Source: Callorhinchus milii
Lineage: Eukaryota
Assembly: GCF_018977255.1 (NCBI RefSeq)
Contig: NW_024704743.1
Coordinates: forward strand, 106,394,001-106,458,000
Length of the DNA stretch: 64,000 bases
Direction of reading: 5' to 3'
In this document: positions 43,381-58,049 of the stretch, in pieces
Position numbering within the stretch: position 1 is the stretch's first letter
Layout: each line of letters begins with the position of its first letter
Program-made: the position numbers and the translations under genes
Notes under the pieces: generated by a model
What the model was told of the DNA's origin: nothing
Seen by the model: only the letters and a program-made list of their open reading frames with translations
Databases searched by the model: none

Positions 43381-43917
43381 CAACAACAACAACAACAACA
43401 AGATTCCATTTATAAAGCGCCTTTCACGTCAGGAGGACGTCCCAAGGCGCTGCACAGTTGGGTCATGACCCGAGCAGGGGGGAAATGGTCAGGGGAGGGA
43501 GGGAGCGAGGAGGGGGGAATGTCAGGGTGAGGGAGGAAGGGAGGGAGCGAGGAGGGGGAAGAGAGTCGAGAGGGGAGCTGAAGGCACGGTCAAAGAGAAA
43601 GGTTTTGAGACCGGCCTTGAAGGAGGAAAGGAGGAAGCAAGGCGAAGGCACTGGGGGATGGAGTTCCAGAGCCTGGGGGCTGAGAGGCTGAAGGCCAGAC
43701 CACCGATGGTAGGGCGGTTGAGGCGGGGGACGTGGAGCAGACCAGAGCCAGAGGAACGGAGGGTACGGGCAGGTAGGTAGGGGGATAGTAGGTTGGAGAG
43801 GTAGGAGGGAACAAGGCCGTGAATGGCCTTGTAGGTGAGGATGAGGATCTTGAAATCAATCCTCTGGGGGATGGGGAGCCAGTGGAGGCGAGCGAGGGTG
43901 GGAGTGATGTGGTTCCG
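43381..43917 (-). mobile_element. Young L2 LINE 3' fragment
   Basis: Highly similar to 27064-27560; TSD AATGCAA at 43377-43383 and 43918-43924. Confidence 0.92.
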
Positions 43918-45104
43918 AATGCAATGTTAATAAGGAATTTTAATTTAATTCTAAATTAATCAAAAACCCAATTGAGTGACTTTTCGTTTGTCACTGAATC
44001 CACGACTGTGTGAAACACTGCTGTGAGCAATTAGCTGCCGCATTTCGCTCACAAAATATACAATCACGACACTTAACAGTATATTCTGTGAAGCGCTTGA
44101 GGTATAATATATATATAAAGCTATATATGTATGTAAAGCTAGATGAAATTTATCCCCTTCTGTTTCCAAGTGTCCAGCAGGTTAACGTCTTAGAAGTGCT
44201 TAGTTCCTTATTTGGAATTACTTTGTGGCTTCATTGTTTTTTAAATACGGGAAATGATGGTAACTTTGAGAAGTGCTGCAATGCTCTTGCTCAGTTCCTT
44301 CATTTTACCGAATGTGTTAATCAGACAAAAACATTCTGCTGACTTACTCAAACAGACAGGATGACATTCCATCTGAAGTGAGAGGAAATGATATCAAGGC
44401 AACTTGCCAACTTGCAAATTTCTGAGAGACTTTGCATCCCATCTTCAATCTTTCATTCTGTTTTTATTAGACCTAGTTTTAGTGTGCTCTGTTGCATTTC
44501 TGCCCTATCCCATTGTTAAGATCCGTTAACCTTGTTTTGCGTACAAAATAAAAACCCAGGTTTTTTTGGTTATTGTTCAAGTTTTATTTTTCAGAAATCA
44601 GAAGAAAACAAAGGTGTAAAAATGTGATGAAAAATTGGATAAATTCAGTAAAAAGTGATTAAAAGTTGGGACGCCAAAGTGTTTTCTACCCATGTTAAAT
44701 GTGGTCAGAGAACACCAACATTTTCATGTTACAACTCCTTCATCCTCAAATTGCTAGTGTGTGTAGTCTGCGCAAATGATTCTGGTGCCAAATAATGCAC
44801 TCAGACACCAAGAAGTAGTCTTCTTTCTCTGTTTTCAAATCCATCTTAAGGCCTATCTGTGTCTTAGCCCATGTTACAGCCAGGGGCTGTTGAAATCGTG
44901 TTCCTAGCTTTGCAAATATCCAAGTTAGGATCTTAAAACATGGACTTTCACATTTCCTTATGGCCAGTTGGCTTTTTATCAAAATGGTAACCATTTCGTG
45001 TGAGATTACTCAACATTTCCACTAGCAAGTGCTGCTCAATGAAACGTTTGCCCTTTTTGTTGTTGATCTCACCTGCAATACTGCTGACCATAGGCCATGT
45101 ATGA

Positions 45105-45850
45105 AAAATTAGAATATACAGCACAAAAACAGACCATTCAGCTCAGCCGATCTATGCCAGTGTTTATTCTGCACATGAGCCTCCTCCTGCACTTACTCAA
45201 CTAAGCCTTCAAGCATAACCTTCTATTCCTTTCTCCCTCATGTACCTATCTAGCTTTCCCTTAAATACATCTATGCTATTTGCCTCAACAACTCCTTGTG
45301 GTAGCATGTTCCACATTCCTGCTACTCTCTGTGTGAAGAAATTTCTTCTAACTTTCCTATTTGATCTATTTGTGACTATTTTATATTGATGGCCCCTGGT
45401 TTTGGTATCCCCCACAAGTGGAAACATCTTCCCTATGTTTAACCTACCAAAACCTTTCATCATTTTAAAGACCTCTACCAGGTCACCTTTTACCCTCTTT
45501 TCAAGAGAAAAGAGTCCAAGCATGTACAGCCTTTCCTGATAGGAAGTTCTGGGATCCTCCTTGTGAATCTCCTTTGCACCCTTCCCAGTGCCTCGACATC
45601 CCTTCTATAATGTGGGGACCAGAACTGCACACAGTATTCTAAGTGTGGTCTAACCAAGGTTCCATAGAAGTTTACCATAACTTCCCTGCTTTTCATTTCT
45701 ATCCCTTCAGAAATGAACCCCAATGCCTGGTTTGCTTTTTTTTTAATGGCCTTATTAACCTGTGTTGCTACTTTTAGTGAATTGTGTCTGTGTACCCCTA
45801 GATCCCTTTACTCCTCTACTGCATTTAGGTTTTTATTTTCCATTAATGTT
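45105..45850 (-). mobile_element. CR1-clade LINE 3' fragment, frameshifted
   Basis: LVRPHLEYCVQFWSPHY and NFFTQRVAGMWNMLP peptides in two frames. Confidence 0.9.
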
Positions 45851-45988
45851 AGAGTGCTTGCATTCAGTGAGAGGGAGGTATGCTCATTAACAAGGTATTG
45901 CTTGAATGCATTTGGAAACTGAAGGGAGGCCATTCGAAGCCTGATTCAAAGCCTGAAGAGTTTATGGGTCACAAAAGGCACAATATAG

Positions 45989-46252
<264 letters not shown>

Positions 46253-48560
46253 GAAGCATGGAAAAATTAACAAACTAAACTTACACACTGATAGAAAACT
46301 ATTTTTATTGTGTGAAAGGAATTCTTCCTTCGGACATATCAAAAAACTCCTGTCAATAAATTGCTGTTCAATGTTAAATTGCACCTGTCCCTGGCTGATA
46401 CAGTGGTATAGTTCAATGCTCCAACATTTCTTCAAGTTAAACCTTCAATGTAATGATTTGATAGAGTCTAGATTTAGACAAACCACATCTTGCTTGTAAT
46501 TGACAATAAGAAAATTATTTCTCAAAGACAGGAGGGTGGAAAATTTGTGTCGGTTGTCACTTAATTGCTGACAATGGAGTCCCCTGACCAAATATAAACA
46601 GTTCCAGTATCATAATGAATTGAGAGATACTTGTTTTGAAAACAACTTAAGACAATTTGCTTGAGGGACAATCCCTGTATTTTCAGTACCAGTTTGATTG
46701 TTGCAGCCACCTATCAGTCCACATTTTACTCTTGGGTGCTATTTCTAGTGTGAGGGTAGATATTGCCAGGTTTGAATGTTCATCCACATTTTAGCACTGT
46801 GCTTGATCATCACGCTTTGTTAATTTTACATTGCTATTTTCATTGTGCCAAATTGTATCTAATTGCATTTAACTGCAAACTGTTAGGTCTGTGCCCTTTT
46901 TTGGTTCTACACAAAATATTTTTGCCTGATGAAGGAAACCGTAACATGGCTTTGCCTCGGGCTATTCAATTTGATTCTTAGTCACCGTGCAGTCTGTTCA
47001 ATATTTTGCAAAAGGAGCATATGTAGCTGCTTCTGAAAAGTACCCTGAACAAAAGTATCATGCATTTACACACTGCCAACAAACAGTAAGGGGCAAATCC
47101 TGAGAGTCATTGTTTATGGAGCTTTGGATGAGTAACGGGAAGTTGTGGTTGCTTTTGTTTTCTGATTAATTGCTGCGTGGAATAAAATGACACATTTGCA
47201 ATCTGGAAAGCTAGGGCACAATTGTAGTTTGAACGTCTGTGTTCTGTGTCTTTTTTTAAAAAAAAGCAAAGTATTTTAGTTCTGATCACTACATCATTGC
47301 TATTCTGATGCTATGTACAGGAGCAATAGCACTGACCACCCCGCTCACACCCCCCCCCCCCGCCTTCTCTCTTCCTCCGTCCCCCAAATAATTTATTTAG
47401 TGATAAATTGTCAGCTGGCGCATCTGTCTACACCAAAAACAATCATGGAAGTGGTTAAGGTTCTATCATAAGTCTGCAGTCAATGAAGATATCCAAATTG
47501 TTCAGTTGGGGCCAATCTGAGTAATATTTAAACATATCTGCTACATATGATGGTTGACTGTTTTGAGTGATACTTCCAGTTCTCGAGCATATTGTTTGTT
47601 GTACCTGTAATGGCTGGTGAATCCAAAAGAGCCCCACTCAAAAGATGTACATCTCTCTCCCTTGTAAATATGGACTGCCTTTTTTTAGGAAAATTAACAA
47701 ATACAAAATTCCAAAGTTTGTTTCCATTGAAGGAACAGTTTGTAGCAACCTGATCAGCACTGTAATCAATTAATTGTCTAAATGTCTAATTATAAAGAAA
47801 CAACAAAAAAAATCACAATTTTCTGTGTTTTTAGAAATAAAAATGAGCATTGAGATATCACTAGTGTTACTAGGCTGAAACTACTGCTACTGGATTTCAT
47901 TAATGTTTCATATAGAACCAAGTATTAAGAATTATGATAAAAGAGAACTAACATTTGAAACCAATTGCTGTCTGTGAATGTTTACAGTTGTATGTGGATT
48001 TCAGCAGAATGCACAATATATCACTATCTACACACAAACCAAAAATCTACATTAGCAGAGGCATTAATCAATATACTCTGAATATTATAACTTGTATTCT
48101 TTCAAAACGTATTTTGTAATACCACAGACCTCCTAAATTCAAGTTTTCAAAATTCTGATATTGAAGTGTTTCATGGCTGAATAGATTTAAAATCAATATC
48201 AAACTGTGTTCTTACCAAATCATCACACGGGACATAAACCTTCTGTAAAATAGTTCATCTTCCCATCTTTTGTCTTTGAAAAATGCATCTTTCAACCCAC
48301 TGTGAGTTTCTTGACTGGACTCTATGAATCGTAGTAGGAATTGCTTCAGCTTTGTAACAATATATAATATTTGTATAATAAAATGACTTTTTTTTACATA
48401 TTTTTAATAGGTGTTAAAAGATGTATAATCAACTTTATAAAATGTGCAATAATTGCTTTTGTGTTTCCCTTTGTGTGTTGAGAATAATGTACAATAAATT
48501 ATGGACTGTAACATGGAAGCCTAAAATAATAGAAATAAAGGCTCTTGTTCAGAGTGTGTT
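46253..48560 (+). other. LYN: Probable LYN 3' UTR
   Basis: AT-rich, largely TE-free stretch after the stop. AATAAA at 47836, 48377, 48493 and 48534; the last is followed by a GT-rich tract (agagtgtgtttgt). The end is inferred. Confidence 0.55.
48534..48539 (+). terminator. Candidate LYN poly(A) signal
   Basis: AATAAA with a downstream GT/T-rich element, just before TE-derived sequence resumes. Confidence 0.5.
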
Positions 48561-49104
48561 TGTATTATGAGTTCTTGACAATTCATATTTTAGCTTCATT
48601 CTTTATTCAAACGAACCCCTGGCTGGCAAAACAAAATCACGCTACCATATTTCCATGACAGCATCAAGCTGTTTCATGACAGCCACCCTTCTTGGTAACC
48701 CAGTCTAGTCATTAATTACCTTCTTTAAAGCAACACTTCCTAGTGTCTATCCTGAAATTGCCCTTTGGAATCCTGATCCTATGCCTTCTTGGTCTGCTTC
48801 ATCAACATATCTGGAACTTTTGTTCTGTTTTATTTTCTCAATTCTATTTAGATTCTTACATAAGCTTATAAGAGCCAACTCTTTTCAAAGCTGCAAAGCT
48901 TAAACTTGCCAAATAATTGCACGTAACTCAATCCTCTAACACTGGAGATCAATCTTGCTACGTCCTCTGCACTGCCTCAAGGGCCTTTATTTTGTGGTTC
49001 CCTAACTGTATACAGTACTCCAGATGCCGCCTGACCAGAGAACTGTGCAGCTTGAGCATGACTTCAAATCTATATGCTCAATAACTCCTCTTCAATATCG
49101 AAAT

Positions 49105-50113
49105 GCTCCCTCTTGGTGACATGGAGTCAACTTCCATATATATGCGGGTGACACCCAACTGTACCTCTCTGCCTCCACCCTTGACTTCAGGACCACTGCT
49201 GTCCTGACAGAATGTCTGTTGGACATCAAGTCCTGGATGAGAGCTAACTTTCTTCATTGAACATCAACAAGACCGAGGTTCTCCTGATTGGCTCCCGTCA
49301 GCACCTCCACACTTCAGGTGCTGACAGCATCGCCATCCATGGTTGCACACTCCACCTTGCTAAGCCAGTCTGGAACCTTGGTGTCTTGCTTGACCCTCAA
49401 CTATCCTTTCTACCCCACATCTGTGCCATGACCTGCTCTGCCTTCCCCCATCTCCGCAACATTGCCCGGCTCCACCACTGTCTCACACCGCAGGCCACCA
49501 AAACCCTCATACGCACATTAATTACATTAAGTTTGACTATGCAAACTCCTTGCTTGTCGTCTTCCCAATTCCTAACTCCGCAGGCTGCAGATCATTCAGA
49601 ACTCTGCAGTCCGTGTCCTCTCCCGCACCAGGCTCTGGGACTCTCTCATCCCCATCCTTGCCCACCTCCACCGGCTTCCCATCACACAGAGGATGCTATT
49701 CAAGATCCTGGCCCTCACCTGCAAAACCTTCCATGGTCTTGCTTCCTCCTACCTCTGTGACCTCCTAACCCTCTACCATTCGGCCTGCTTCCTCCACTCG
49801 GCGGGCTCTGGCCTACTTCACGTCCCTTGTCTCGCCCGCCCTACCATTGGTGGGTCGGCCTTCTGCCACTCTGCCCCCACCCTCTGGAACTCCATCCTGC
49901 AGTCCTTTTGCCTCGCCCCCTCCCTTGCCTCCTTTAAGACCCATCTCAAGATCCTCCTCTTCGACCGTGCTTTTGATCACCCTGCTTCCCCCCGTGCCCT
50001 TCACCCTCCCCAATCACAACCCCCAGCTTGGGTTCGAAACTCTGACTGTCCAGCACCTTGGGACGTCCTCCCGACATGAAAGGCACTCTACAAATGTAAT
50101 TTTGTTGTTGTTG
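49105..50113 (+). mobile_element. Degraded L2 LINE 3' fragment
   Basis: RT remnant (YAGDTQLY), NLGVLLDPQLSF, tail plus (TTG)n. Confidence 0.9.
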
Positions 50114-53100
50114 TCTTCAGGGAACGTGACAGAACTTAACTGATATGTCAACATAGTATTCCACTTCTCTTGCTTATTGCTGCCTGAGACTATTTTGGCA
50201 TGGTGAGCGTTGAGTCATCATCAGACACCTCTAGATCTCTTTCAGTTCCCCCTTTGGCAAATTCTATCCCATCCAAGTAGTATGTGTGCCTCCTGTTTTT
50301 ATTTCCTCTATATATGTAGAACCTTGCATTTATGTATGTTGTATTCCAGTCGTCAGCTCAACAATCTAGGAACAGGAATAGGCTATTCAGTCCCTCAAGC
50401 CTGTTCTGCCATTATATTACACTATGGCTGATCTATACCTCAACTCCATTTACCAGCCTTTGCACTATATCCCTTGATACCCTTATCTAACAAAAATCTA
50501 TCAACTTCAGTCTTGAAAATTTCGATTGAATCGAGAAACAGTCAATCAAGAAACTGTATTTTGTTGCCTACCAAAAAAGCTGGGCAACACTGGAAGAACA
50601 AATCCGCTCAAGTGGTGTTGAGACCACAGGAATGTTATATTTGGCATTCTTATCTGATGTTAGAATGATATCCTGAAGATTCGTGATTAATTGTTTTGCT
50701 GTGGGAATCAGTTGTGGCAGGCCACTCGAGACGAACTGGAACTGCTGGAATTTTTTAACTTCCTGTATGTATTTAATGAAGAGTACATCAGCAAGAGTAC
50801 AAACCACCATATTGTATACTTGGTTGTACACTCACAGATTACAGATATTTTTTATACATGAAACAAGAATGCTGATTGTGGCTTATACATGAAAACTGAA
50901 ACAAACAGGTTCGCTCCAAGGAGGTTCAAAGCGTCCTCAAATTTCAAAGCCCACCTCAAGATGTACCTCTTTGACTGCTTCCGGTCATCAATCCCCCCCC
51001 CCCCCCACACACACACACATACATACTGGTGTGCGCAATTGGCTGCCGCGTTTCGCCCACAAATATACAGTCAATTCTCTTTACAGTATATTCTGTGAAG
51101 CGCTTTGGGACATCTAGAAAACGTGAAAAGCGCTATATCAAATGCAAGGATTATTATTATTATTACATACACAGAGCAGGTCCCCAGCCACCAGTGTGAA
51201 GTGCTTTGATCTCCCAATGTGAAAAGAACTATTTAAATGTAAATTGTACTGCAACTCATTGTTACAGTAATTACAGAAAACCAATGGACAAAATTGAGGG
51301 GAAAAAAACAGAGCTGTTATCAACTCTATAGTATTCAAAGGTGTTGACACCACAGCAAAATCTTCCAACTCAACGAAAATTGCACAGGTCTCAAGAATAA
51401 TAGACTCACAAATATTACAAATCTCAAGGGGCGGAATCACTTACAATTCCTCATCATCTGAGTAACTTAGGAATGCACAAGACTGGAAAATCTAAAAGTA
51501 AACAGAAGATCATCAAAAGCAATCTGCTTATTAGTACCAGGATCTCACTAATTATATCACAAGCTGTCTCCGACTGTGGTTGAGACAAATAATAGCAGCG
51601 AGTTACAGCCAGTAATGTTTGGCAAGAATTTTAATTGGCACAATACTTGCAGAGAAAGGTGAAGAGTAATGGTCAGAGATGGAGGTAGAAAAGGATAAGA
51701 ATAAAGTAGTAATGGTACATTTATTGGAAAATTACAACAATTATTGAGTTTGACAGCAAAATTGAAATGGGTGATTATTAAAATGTATAAAGATACACAT
51801 GTATGATCAAATACAGGTCTGCTCTCTCCACTCAGTAGGGACTGGCTTGGGTGCAAATCCTTTACTGTCCAGCGACTTGAAACAATCTCCTGACGTGAAA
51901 GGCGCTATACAAATGTAATTTTGTTGTTGCTAAAGCACACAAACAAAAATAATTCTTCACAGTCTGAAATCATACTTGTTCTGCAATATTGCTTTTGATG
52001 TTTGCATTTAGTTCTCTGGTGTACATCAAACCATCAGTCTGGAAGCTGCTCATTGGTTTTAGCTCCTCCTTTTTAATCTGAGAAAAAAAACAATTGCTGC
52101 AATGAAAATAAGTCGACACTATTGGAGAAGAGAGGAAGTTTCTCCCTATATCCTGGCCAACAATTGACCAGATAAAATTGATCATACACTTCATGGCTTT
52201 TTGTGGGACAATGCTGTGTGAAATTGGCTGCCTCATTTGGCTACAAAATACAGTCACTTCACATCTTGATGAAGTGATGAGGCACTGTATCAAATGCAAA
52301 GAGTATGATTATAATTAATATATACATTTTACATCATTAATGCCACATCTGTAGATAACATAGAGACTGACTGGACACTATTTCTGACCATATCTCATTC
52401 CACAATAAAGCTGTATATCGTGGGGGGAAGAAGTTGTTATTAATGATCTCAATGTGGAAAATATTTCATAAGAAAATCATAAGTGAGTTATGTTCAGTTG
52501 AACTGTAAGTTCAATGGGCCACAATATCAGGAAACAAATTTTGAATGACAGAACAAATTCTCAGAATTGAAGCTGCATTTGCATTATAATGCCTTCAGAA
52601 TGCTTCATGCATTATTTAAACCTTAGTGGATTGTAAAACATCATTCTATTGAAACAAATTTGCAGCATGCATATTGTACGAATGGCACCAACTTGATCTT
52701 CTACCCCAGATAAAAGAGTTTATATTCACCAAAAGGTATTAAATGGAACCGAAATTCTTCCAACTTTGCAAAATTAACTTTTCTTTAGAGGTTTGGGGCT
52801 TTCCTATAAGGTTTATCATGCACACTATGCTGATGGTGCCACTGGAGTCCACTTACATTACAGTTGCTTTGTCCATTAAACAATGATCCTACTCCAGAAA
52901 TATCCATTTTAATTATACCCTTGTTCTTTCACTCTCCCTTAGTCTATTTTGCCTCACAGAAATAAATTCAGGAATCCTGTGCACAATGCATTTCTTTGAC
53001 AGATAAGCAGCACATGTCCTATTATTGTTAGTTTCAATAAGCCTTTCTAACCACAGCATGCTTCCAATCAGTTAATTTCAGGTACATTCTCTCTATGTAC

Positions 53101-53984
53101 ATCCCTTTCTCATTCCTGCTATCTTTGTCCATTTTCATGATCTCTCAATAACTGCTAATACTATTCCTTTTCCTCTAATCCACCTTCTTAATTATCTGAT
53201 GACTTCTCTCTTGATCATCACCCCCTAATACTCCTTCAATCATGCCAGGACATTTGTTTGGATCTCATCTCAGAGCACCCAACTCTCAACCTTCTGATTT
53301 TTCCATCATATCAAATTGCAATAGACCCCTGTTTGCCTTTCATCAGTGCTGTCTCTAATTGCCAAATTACACTAATTCAATTCTTATTTCCCATCCCAGC
53401 CACAAGGTCCAGAAGCCAAAATGTTAAGCTCCTTCCTCTGAGTCCCCACCCCTTCCTTTCCTCAGATTTTAATAGCATTGTAGTTACGCTTGACAAATGT
53501 GGACTTGGATTCATATTTCTATTATGCCCTAGTGCATTGCCAGTGAAATGAAAGCAGATAACATTTCTGAAAAGTTTTTATAATCTTTCTAAATGTGGAA
53601 AAGGGCACTGCTGCCCTCTGATGGAAGGCAACTTCACAAAATAATTGGCGATTATATCCCCAGTTTTATGTTACGAATCTGAACACCTTTAATGCAAATA
53701 TTGGGATACTTTTATTGGGACAATTCAAAACAGGTATAAAAAGCACAATTCACATCTGGATCAGAGCCTATTTTCAGCACTTCATCTACTCAAAAGGTTC
53801 AGGAGTTTTTATTCTAATACTACTTCTTAAGGCCTCAGTACACTTTAAACATGGACATCATCTTGTGTTTACAGCATCCTGGAATTAAAGAGGATGTGGC
53901 CACATAGAGGAGGGAGAACAGAAAGAAAGAGATGGGATAAAAGGCACTTTCTCAAACTGGGCTGATATAGTGAGTGGTGTTCAG

Positions 53985-54337
53985 TAATAATAGCATTTGA
54001 TATAGCACCTTATCATGTCACGACATCTCAAAGCGCTGCACAGAATATACTGTAAAGTGAATTGACTGTATATTTTGTGTGCAAAATGCAGCAGCCAATT
54101 GCGCACAGCAGTGTCTCACAATCAGTCATGGATTGAAGTGAGCAATTTTTTTTGAAGGAATTATTACCCCCAGAAAAGCGATCCACCAATTGACTATCAA
54201 CTGGGTTCCTACTTACTGCCAGGTAAACAGAGGCATGTGGATGAAGGAAACTTGCCCAACATTTCACCCTGCCGGGAATCGAACCCAGGTCTCTTGCTTG
54301 CAAGGCAAGTGCTCTAAACACTGAACTACAGGACTCC
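53985..54337 (-). mobile_element. tRNA-Ala-headed SINE, long form
   Basis: Family match including the internal block. Confidence 0.88.
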
Positions 54338-55175
54338 AATAGTGGTCTATGTAGGAGGGTGGGTGGGGAGTAGGGTCTTCTCATATTCACTGTATAAATA
54401 ATTTAGTGAGGGAACAATGTTAAAAATCTGTTGACACCACATTGGGGCATGGCAAATGCAATGTGGATTGTGAGAGACTGCAGGAGGCCACAGATAAAAA
54501 GGTAAGTGGCAAATGTAGTTCAATGCCAAAAATTGTGAAATTACATTTCAGCCATTAATAGGACAGCAAAATACAACTTAATATTGAAAAATTGCAAAAA
54601 ATAAGATTTTAGATGGAGTAAGAGAAGCAGATGGAGCCTGATGTGTAGATACACAAGTCATTAAAAATAGCAGCACAGAGAGTAAGCCATAAAGCAGCAA
54701 ACTGAATGCTTTGTTTTGCATGTAGAGGAATAGAATACAAAAGCAAAGCATTAAGGCTAACCTTTGGATGAAAAAAAGATTAACAAGCGAGTGTGAGGAG
54801 CAGGATTAGACTTGGTGGCTCACATGGAAACAACACCAGAGGGCTGAATGATCTATTTTTGGACTGCAGTATTCAATGGATTCAAAAAATTTCTTAATAT
54901 TATAGACCATTTAAAATCCCAAGGATCATGTGTAACATTTGAATATCGGGAAATATTCACCAATCTCCAGCATTTAACCTTCCACCTGCCTGCAACAAAC
55001 TTAAATTCCCTAAAATCTCTTCCCCATTGTCTAAAATTAACCTTCATCTTAATGTTTTGCACCACTCAGTCTGGTTGTTTTAACTGACCTCAGCCTCTCC
55101 CAAAGTATGGAAGCATCAATGCAACCTTTTAAATTAAGAAAGTCACGACAAGAAAATCTAAAATTGACGTTCAAC

Positions 55176-55181
55176 TTTATT
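55176..55181 (-). terminator. Candidate poly(A) signal of the KIF20-like gene
   Basis: AATAAA on the - strand about 135 nt after the stop, followed by a T-rich tract. Confidence 0.6.
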
Positions 55182-55316
55182 AGTTTACATTTAAAATTAC
55201 TAAACATTTATATACATGCATAATTAGACCACAGATTAAAATTAATTATTCATTATTACTTAGTAGCAATGGCAGTTTTCTTTTCCTGAACCACCATCTC
55301 TCTTAATTTTTAGTCA

Positions 55317-55535
55317 TTAACTTGGCTTCTTGGATTTAAACAAACTGTATTTTACAGACGAACAACCTGACAATTTGGATCCAGCAAGGTTGGTGAAGAA
55401 CCTTTTTTTGGGTGGTTTTTCAGTGATGTCTAGGCTCTTACGCAGAGCTAGCTCTTCCTGAAGTTTCACAACAGTAGCTTGCAACTCATTAATCTGGTCA
55501 GCACGTTCTTTTTCAATGTCCGCAAGCATTTGATC
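55317..55535 (-). CDS. KIF20-like terminal coding exon
   Basis: ctttag|GAT...TAA, 219 nt. DQMLADIEKERADQINELQATVVKLQEELALRKSLDITEKPPKKRFFTNLAGSKLSGCSSVKYSLFKSKKPS*; basic PPKKR could be an NLS. Confidence 0.8.
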   Translation of the reverse strand, partial: DQMLADIEKERADQINELQATVVKLQEELALRKSLDITEKPPKKRFFTNLAGSKLSGCSSVKYSLFKSKKPS

Positions 55536-55798
55536 CTAAAGGACGGAAAGGGAAGTTTCACATAGAGCAATATGGGCTATTCGGCCCAACCAATCTGCAT
55601 CGGCGTTTATATTCAACCACTGATTATTCACTTTAATTCCTTTTTATAAAACAACATTCAGCAAAAAAAAGGATAAAAAAAACTGCCCTAGTGAAAACTA
55701 GCAGTGACGTTCCTGAAGGCACAGTCGGAGGGAGTGTGACGCAAGGAACTGTAGGGAGAGTTCCAGAACGCAAAGTGGTTGAAAGTTCACCCACTGAT

Positions 55799-56262
55799 AC
55801 AACACAACAACAAGATTCCATTTATAGAGCGCCTTTCACATCGGAAGGACATCCCAAGGCGCTGGACAGTTGGGTCAGGACCCGAGCATTGGGGGGAAAT
55901 GGTCAGGGTGAGGGGAGGGAAGGGAGGGAGCGAGGAGGGGGAGAGAGTTGAGAGGGGAGCTGAAGGCACGGTCAAAGAGAAAGGTCTTGAGACCGGCCTT
56001 GAAGGAGGAAAGGGAGGAGGCGGCGAAGGCACTGGGGGATAGAGTTCCAGAGCCTAGGGGCTGAGAGGCTGAAGGCCCGGCCACTGATGGTAGGGCGGTT
56101 GGAGCGGGGGATGTGGAGCATTCCGGAACCAGAGGAACGGAGGGTACGGGCAGGTAGGTAGGGGGATAGTAGGTCAGAGAGGTAGGAGGGAGCAAGGCCG
56201 TGAATGGCCTTGTAGGTGAGGATGAGGATCTTGAGCGAGGGTGGGAGTGATGTGGTCACGGT
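55799..56262 (-). mobile_element. Young L2 LINE 3' fragment in the last KIF20-like intron
   Basis: Near-identical to the 27064 and 43381 copies, with an internal deletion near 56233. Confidence 0.9.
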
Positions 56263-56758
56263 GGGGGAGTGATAGTGGGGCAGAGGATGTGGAGCTGGCC
56301 CAAGTTATCAGATCAAAGGGAGTGAGCACAAAATAGGACCCCAAGAAATCACAAGGGTGGTAAGGCATTTGAAGATCAGAACAATTTATTGAAGAAAAAT
56401 AACTTTTGATTGTTAATTTCATTTATCAACATTGCTGGTGGAGTGTAAACACATTCTAGTTGGCCGGGGGTGGGGGCGGCATTACATTTTGTTCACCTGC
56501 AGCCTTGATCAATTAAATCATCAGTTCTCAGAATTTAAAGCCGTGAATCGCATTCCTTACAATTTTTCCTTCAGCAAAAAAAAACATGCTAAAAGTGTTT
56601 TGATAGCAAGTTAGGCTAATTCTGTTTTTTCCAATCTGAAATTGACATGAAAATGCTCATTTTTTAATATGGGATTAAAATTATCCAATTCACCCCACAC
56701 AGCTGAACTAGATATAACACACTAAAAGGGAAACACTAATTAATTCTATATATTGTAC

Positions 56759-56878
56759 CTGCTTTGCCAATGTGGACTGCAGTTCCTTCACATTCTTATT
56801 AGCTTCCTGATAATTCTCTTCTGCCTCCTGCAGAGCCGAGTGCATATCTTGAATCTCCCTCTTCAAGGAGTCGATCAG
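56759..56878 (-). CDS. KIF20-like exon, coiled coil
   Basis: tgatag|CTG...CAG|gtacaa, 120 nt, phase 0-0. LIDSLKREIQDMHSALQEAEENYQEANKNVKELQSTLAKQ. Confidence 0.8.
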
Positions 56879-57459
56879 CTATCAGATCAGTTATTGAAAG
56901 TAGATTTATATACATGTTGTATTTATATACGTGCAAGTTGTTGTGATCATAAAACTAGTAACCTTGCAGTCATGGGTTACTACCTACAGAAATAACCCAT
57001 TCAAGGCAGAGTCTACATGTCAAGTCTTACCATGCATTTTAGGCATGTCCAGGTTACCGGATACATAACGAAAATCACTTGACAAATGGACTGTAAGTTG
57101 ACAAAAAAAATGTGAAATGTATTGGCAACAGAATCAGTGGGAGTGTTAATATGTCAGAACTGATAAACTAGCAGAACAGCAGGAACTAATCAAGAAATTC
57201 TGCCTGGGTCTAGACTTTATTTCGTGCAACATCTTAAAAGGGCCAGAAATTTGGCAAATTGTTGAATTCAGCCTCAACTTGGAAGTTAATTTTCTGTAGT
57301 TCTTAAAGAAAACTCACAAAAAACCACCTTCTGGAATCAAGCTGCATTTTGAACAATTGTCAAATTCTGGACACTCTGAAATACTGCATAGAATAATCTG
57401 AGTGGAATCCTGTTTCTTGTAGGGTCCTTCAGTGCTCCCAATGTGAAAGGTGCTGTACA

Positions 57460-57759
57460 AATAATAATAATCCTTGCATTTTCACATCTTCTAGATGTCT
57501 CAAAGCGCTTCACAGAATAGACTGTAAAGTGAATTGACTATTTTTTTTGTGGGCGAAATGCAGAAGCCAATTGTGCATAGCAGTGTCCCACAAAAAGTCG
57601 TGATTGAAATGACCAATTTATTATTGTGTTTTTTTTTCTTGAGAGATTATTATTAGGCGTGTGGAGTAAGAAAAATTGCCCAACGTTTCACCCTGCTGGG
57701 AATCGAACTCAGGTCTCTCACATGCAAAGCGAGTGCTCTAACCACTGAGCTACAGGATT
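57460..57759 (-). mobile_element. tRNA-Ala-headed SINE, short form, inserted into an L2 tail
   Basis: An L2 tail (+; gtgaaaggtgctgtacaaat) is split by the SINE and resumes as aaatgtaa...ttgttg. Confidence 0.85.
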
Positions 57760-57809
57760 TTAAATGTAATAAATAATAAATGTAAATTTATTATTGTTGC
57801 CACCAGTAC

Positions 57810-57892
57810 CTGATCATTCTCATGAGATAATTTCTCAAACCATTCCTCAGACACAGCTTTAGCCTCATACAATTCCTTGTACTTGTTTACTT
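57810..57892 (-). CDS. KIF20-like exon
   Basis: ccacag|AA...CAG|gtactg, 83 nt, phase 1-0. VNKYKELYEAKAVSEEWFEKLSHENDQ. Confidence 0.78.
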
Positions 57893-58049
57893 CTGTGGAG
57901 AAATACAGATTTTTTAAAGCCTCTTTATCTTAAGCAGTTTCCAACCAAACATCTTAGAATAGTAAAAAGAGGTAGAATGCTAAAAATTGTGAGGGGAAAT
58001 GTCTTTGATTGAATATTTAAAACCAGTCTCTACTGGGGTTTAAATTGCA

